Positions 59,261-64,000 of a stretch of 64,000 nt of DNA are shown here, piece after piece. The DNA comes from Camelus dromedarius (Eukaryota). Made by a program: the position numbers and the translations under genes. The notes under the pieces were generated by a model. It worked only from the letters and a program-made list of their open reading frames with translations. It was not told the origin of the DNA and did not search any database. The stretch spans positions 3,784,001 to 3,848,000 of the forward strand of contig NC_087438.1 of NCBI RefSeq assembly GCF_036321535.1. Reading direction: 5' to 3'. Numbering within the stretch: position 1 is the first letter of the stretch; each line of letters starts with the position of its first letter.

Positions 59261-61259
59261 TTTCTGAAAATTTGTCATGAAAAAATGTTTTTAGTCTGGC
59301 AGCCCGGCAATCACCGCCAACTTTCAGCCAATTCAGCTCTGCCTTGGGTCAGAACCAAGGTCTTGCCTAGTGTCTGGGCATCTGAAAAGCATTATCAAAT
59401 CTCATAGCTTTCACATTAAAAATCATAAAACAATGACTCCAACGCTTGGCTGATTTCAAAAACGCCAATCTTAAAATTACTTTATTTTCTTTAGGGGTAA
59501 ATTAGTTTGTTTGAGCCTCATTACGTTCTGTTTCTCCAAATTAAATTGCCTTCAGAGTCTCTTTTTTTGCTCTTAAAAGTTATGCAACAACAGTTTTTTT
59601 TTTTATTTCGGTCCTGCACGAGGTTAATGTAATCTTCCTAATCACAAGGGAGATGGTTGGAGCTACTCTTGTTCAGAACACGGAGCCTTTGCAAACTGCA
59701 TCATGAACACTGCAGTCCATTAGCTAATGGCCATTTCTGCCTGCAAAAAATAAAAAATACAGTGGAAAAAAAAAAACTCTAGGGGAAATTGATTTTTATC
59801 AACTCCAACACAGTGTTTCTTTTCAGTGCAACTATGTGAAAACATCAAGAAATAGCAATTAGAACTACGCTTCTTTTCTGCTGTTGCTGCCAGCATCCAC
59901 CATTTTTAGAGACATGGGAAAGCTTCTGTTTTGATTTCTTATTTTGATCTCTTCTCCTGTGAGAAAGTGCATTCGAAATATAATTTGTATCTAATATATT
60001 TGGATCGCACATCCGAATTCAGTAACTTCTTCTTCAGGGAAGTTTTTATTCTTAAACTTGGAACTGCCGTGAAAATGGACAGCCTTCTGCTAGTCATAGA
60101 ACGTAGACGAGGAAATATTCAAAAGGTTGGCTGCCTACTATTTTCTTTCTGTTTCTAACTCTAGTTCACCGTGAAAGTGAATTTTTAAATAGAGCTTTAC
60201 AGCACAACTCAAAAAAAAAAAATCACATGAAGTTTCCATTCAGTTCACCCGATAGTGAATGACTCTGGCCAGAAAATGCACTGATCTTGGCAAAATAAAC
60301 AAGGATGGACATGGATGCCCAGTTCTGAGGCCAAGGAGGCTCTTCAAACATAACTGGAGGCTCTTATTTTATTGACAAGGATTTAACCCAAAGTGCAGAC
60401 CTTCTAGAAGTATGGGGAAGCTTTCTCTGATCGAGGGTCTTTCATACACACAACGACTTTCTTCCTCATGTAAATAAAAAGTAATTTAGTTCTGTTTGCT
60501 ATTTAAGAGAGAAATGGAAGAATCCTTGTCTGGTTCTCAAATTAGCAACGGGGAAGAGAAATTTCCAGTTCAACGAACTGAGCAAGTCAAAATTGAGTTC
60601 AGTTACATAGGCTGGAAGGCAGAGAAGATTCCAGGAAGGAGGAACATGTTGATGGGGAAGAAAAACAAAGCATGGACTAGGAGGATAAAAGTTCGGTAGG
60701 CATGAGGGTGCAGTGAAAAGCCAACACACCATCTTGGGGCATTTTAGAATTAAAGGTGCAAACTCTTACAGCTATGGTACCTACATATCCTCAAGGCCAA
60801 CCCTACACTCACCCTCTCTTCAAACTAGTTTAGAAACAAATAACATCATGAATGGAAACACACCACAGCAAACCTGAATTTGTGGATCCTTGTTTAACAT
60901 AATATCATACATACACACCCTGAAATCTAGCATCTGGAAAGCCACGATTTGATGGAATCTGGATGAGTCTCAGGAGCAGGCAGGGGTGGATCCAGTGAGA
61001 TCAGCCTCCCCACACCCTGTGTGCCTGGGTTTCAATTCCCAGGGAGCCTTTTGGTAAGAGCCAGAGCCTCAGAGCACAAGGAACAGCCAGACCAGCCTCC
61101 AAAGTACCAGTCGGGTCACATTGGCAAGTCACCGGGTGGCTCTGAGTGTTCTCATTCAAAAATCATCTTTGCTTTTTCAAGATCAAATGACAATCTTCTG
61201 TTACAGCTCCCAAAGTGAAGATAGGTCTCTGCTACACAGACTTTCTAAAGCAACCCCCC

Positions 61260-61300
61260 CCACACGCACACGTGCATATACACACACACATACACACGCG
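61260..61300. repeat. Degenerate (CA)n repeat
   Basis: cacacgcacacgtgcatatacacacacacatacacacgcg. Confidence 0.8.
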
Positions 61301-62489
61301 TGGGTACATTCTCCACCCTATAGAGTTGGAGCACATCCAGGTGACTGATGATGAAAGTAACTTCAGTTAAGAAGGACACTTGTTTGCCTAACGTATGACC
61401 CACTCAGCTTTCCTTCCTGCACCCGTGTACAGAACTTCCAGAGCAGTGGCATTGAGTGGGGAGGATTTACTCATCAAAACCAGGATGGTATGTTCTTACC
61501 TATGCTGATATGTGCATATGAAAGTACCAAGACTCTGTCTTTGTCTTTAGTTCTGAGATGCCATGTGCTCTACGTGGTCCCATAAGCATCACTCACTCTA
61601 GGTGTCCTAGAAAAGTAGAGCAGGAAATGTTTCTGTTCCCCAATGAAGATGCTGATCTCCATCTAGGAGAGGAGCAGCCACACCCTGATGCCAAGTCGAA
61701 GGTGGTCCTCGCTTCTCAAGGAGTTTCCTGATTTGGAATCGGGCAGTCACGGTGGGAATTTGCCACCCTGCCATCCACTGTGAAAGGATGCCTACACCTT
61801 CCCTCCTCAGTGAACATTTTCATTCCTACTGCATCTTTAAATTCTGCTCAAGAAAGTCAGGTACCAAATAAGGAGGGGGGTCAAGGATCAATTTCTTTGC
61901 ATAGCGGCAAAATAATTCAGGATCCTTCACCTCCTGAGCGGGTGTCTGGGAATCCAAGGAAGGAGAGTGTCTCCAGGCGGAGGGGATGATCTACCGCACT
62001 GAGTGCTGTTGGGGGTTAGAGGTGAGGTCAGCGTGGACAGGGGATGTAAGGCGAGGCAAGCACAGATGGGCAGGATTAGGTCACCAGCAACCCCGACGAC
62101 GGCCGTTCCATTGGGGTGCTGGGAAAACCTCGGCGATGTGGGTGGACAGCTTGTCCACAAAGTGTGGAGACACATGGACCTAGTTGCACACGGACTGGAG
62201 AGAAAACATAAATAAAACAACATCAGCGTGATGACTTAGGAGAACACTGAACTGTCTTCTGAGCAGCCTCTCTGCCTCCCCTTTGCCCCTTCTGCGCACA
62301 CTCTGCACAGCACCAGCATGGCTCTCCTGGAAGGCCAGTTAGGTCATTACACGCGCTCAAAACCCCACACGATGTCGCGCCCCGATCACAGGCCGGCCCC
62401 CTACCTCCCTGAGCTCTGCTGTCGCCCACCCCTTGCTCTTGCTGCCTCAGCTCTCCCAGAAGTTCTGAGTTTTGCCCCCGGCCAAATGG

Positions 62490-63000
62490 TGCAGGTTTAC
62501 AGGAGACAGTAAAGGTGCTCCTATAAACCCACAAGGCAAAAGACTGACAGTGCAGCGGGAAAACAGGCAACGATATGGACGAGCAACACACAGAAGGGGA
62601 AATACAGGTGGTCAGAAATCTCGGCACCCCTGGCCTGCAGGAAAACGGAAGCCAAAGCGGCAGCAGCCTCACGTTGCCTGCCCAGCAGACGAGCAGAGCG
62701 TGGCGAGGACCCCCTCTTCCGTCCGGAGGAGGAGCCAGAGAAATAGGCTGACTGTGGCTGGGCACGACGGGAACGGCTACAGCTCTTTGAAGTGTGTCTC
62801 TGACAACTTGATGGACACACAACCTTTGCCCCAGAAACCCCATTTTTAAAAGAATCTATCTCATTATGATTAAAAATCAGGATATTGTTTGTACAAGAAT
62901 ATTTCTGAATATCAAAAACACTGGAAAATGGTCTGAAAGCCCATCCGTAGCTAAGATTTAGTTAATAAATATCACCTCATACTGTGAGATGTTGTTATGT
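62490..63000 (+). mobile_element. Old L1ME ORF2 3' remnant with a strongly GC-shifted left part
   Basis: taaaggtgctcctataaacccacaaggcaaaagac...cacagaaggggaaatacaggtggtca aligns to L1 taaagaactcctacaaatcaataagaaaaagac...cacagaagaggaaatacaaatggcca. Confidence 0.65.
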
Positions 63001-63633
63001 TGCTACTTGTTTCAATTGATGCTAAGTTTTCCCTGATTTCTAAGGATATTCATTAAGCATTTTTGAAAAAATGGTTCTGCTTTCTGCACTGTCTCTGTCT
63101 CCTCCTCATTTCCTTCCGCCCCCACCCAGTATGCGGTTTTCACTGGACCTCCTGTCTTCACCCCGTGCCCTGTGCGCGGCTGTGCCCGCAGCCCCCGAGG
63201 ACCGACGCCCACATACCGAGGGGGAGGAGCTGGAGGAGGAGGCAGAAGGCAGCTTCTGCACGTGGGCTGGGTTGGAAAACCGGGGGCCCCACAGCCACTC
63301 TCAGGGGGTGTCCTTTATTCTCTCCTGCCCTCCATCCGTGTTTCGGGCATCCCAGCTACAGCTCCCCACTTCCCGAGCCCACCTGGGGTCTTGGCACAGA
63401 GTGCCTTGCTTAGGACCCCCAGTGCCAGCTTAGGTTTCACTGCTGTTGTTGCCAAAACAAAAAGTGTTTATTCATCTGCTTTCCAGCTTCCAAAATAGTG
63501 CAGCTCCCACCTCTGTTTCCACTCTCTTCTTTCTCATAACTTACGCATTTTTACCCCTTTTCCACAATTTAAGTGGATTTTGGCAGGGAGCAAGGTAGAC
63601 ACGTGTGTTCCATCATTTTTAAAGGGAGGCCCT

Positions 63634-63840
63634 TACATTAGTCGGCTGGGCTGTTGTTACAAAGTGCCGGAGGAGGTGTGGCTTAAAAGACCGATGGTTA
63701 CTTTCTCACCGTGCTGAAGGCTGGAGGTTCAAGATGAAGTTGTCAGCAAGGTTGGTGTCTTCCAAGGCCCCGAGGCTCCTTGGCTTGTGGAAGGCTGTCC
63801 CTTGCTGTGTCCCCACAGGGTCTTCCCTCTGTGCCTAGGT
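63634..63840 (-). mobile_element. MLT1A/B-type MaLR LTR
   Basis: attagtc.gctgggctg, gtggcttaaa, ggctggaggttcaagatgaag..gtcagcaaggttggt, ccttggcttgtgga. Confidence 0.85.
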
Positions 63841-64000
63841 TCTTGTCACAGATGGAGAGAAGGAGATTGTTGACAAAAACACCCTTCCCCAGGCATCTAC
63901 AGGGAGGTGGCCTAGACGTCCCAGAGCCCCGCTGGGGTCGGGAGTGGGAAGCGAGGGACAGACAGGACAAATGTGAGCGGGTTTAATGCACTTCAAGCAA

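Noticed and set aside
62223..62843. 206-aa minus-strand ORF
   Set aside because: Antisense to a GC-shifted L1 remnant; stop depletion is explained by GC content
1..64000. CRISPR arrays, operons or other prokaryotic systems
   Set aside because: Sequence is mammalian repeat-rich DNA; no regularly spaced repeats or dense ORFs

Overview
This is mammalian genomic DNA, most likely from a camelid (alpaca, llama or camel): it carries a Vic-1-type tRNA-derived SINE at 33.3 kb and several closely related young L1 3' ends. I recognise no protein-coding gene, rRNA, tRNA or CRISPR array. The listed ORFs look like chance frames in GC-rich or repeat-derived sequence. The window is intergenic or intronic, with many interspersed repeats (old L1M/L1ME, L2, MIR, MLT1/MLT2, LTR16/LTR33, MER31-like and other ERV1 LTRs, hAT-Charlie elements, young L1s with TSDs), microsatellites, and a small CpG island with a CTCF-like motif at 58.9-59.3 kb. 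The most notable structure is a ~264-bp, ~93-94% identical inverted duplication of apparently non-TE sequence (26096-26359 / 26671-26933). Its left arm lies between an exact 11-bp direct repeat and has 3-bp microhomology at both junctions, which suggests a locally templated inverted insertion able to form a long hairpin. Other observations are four 5'-inverted (twin-primed) L1s including an 18-nt micro-inversion and an internally primed copy, L1 truncation points clustering at the 3'UTR G-tract, a GC/CpG-converted L1 remnant, and several splice-site-bounded exon candidates. Repeat family names come from my recall of consensus sequences, and boundaries of old repeats are approximate. The sequence alone does not establish a new biological system.
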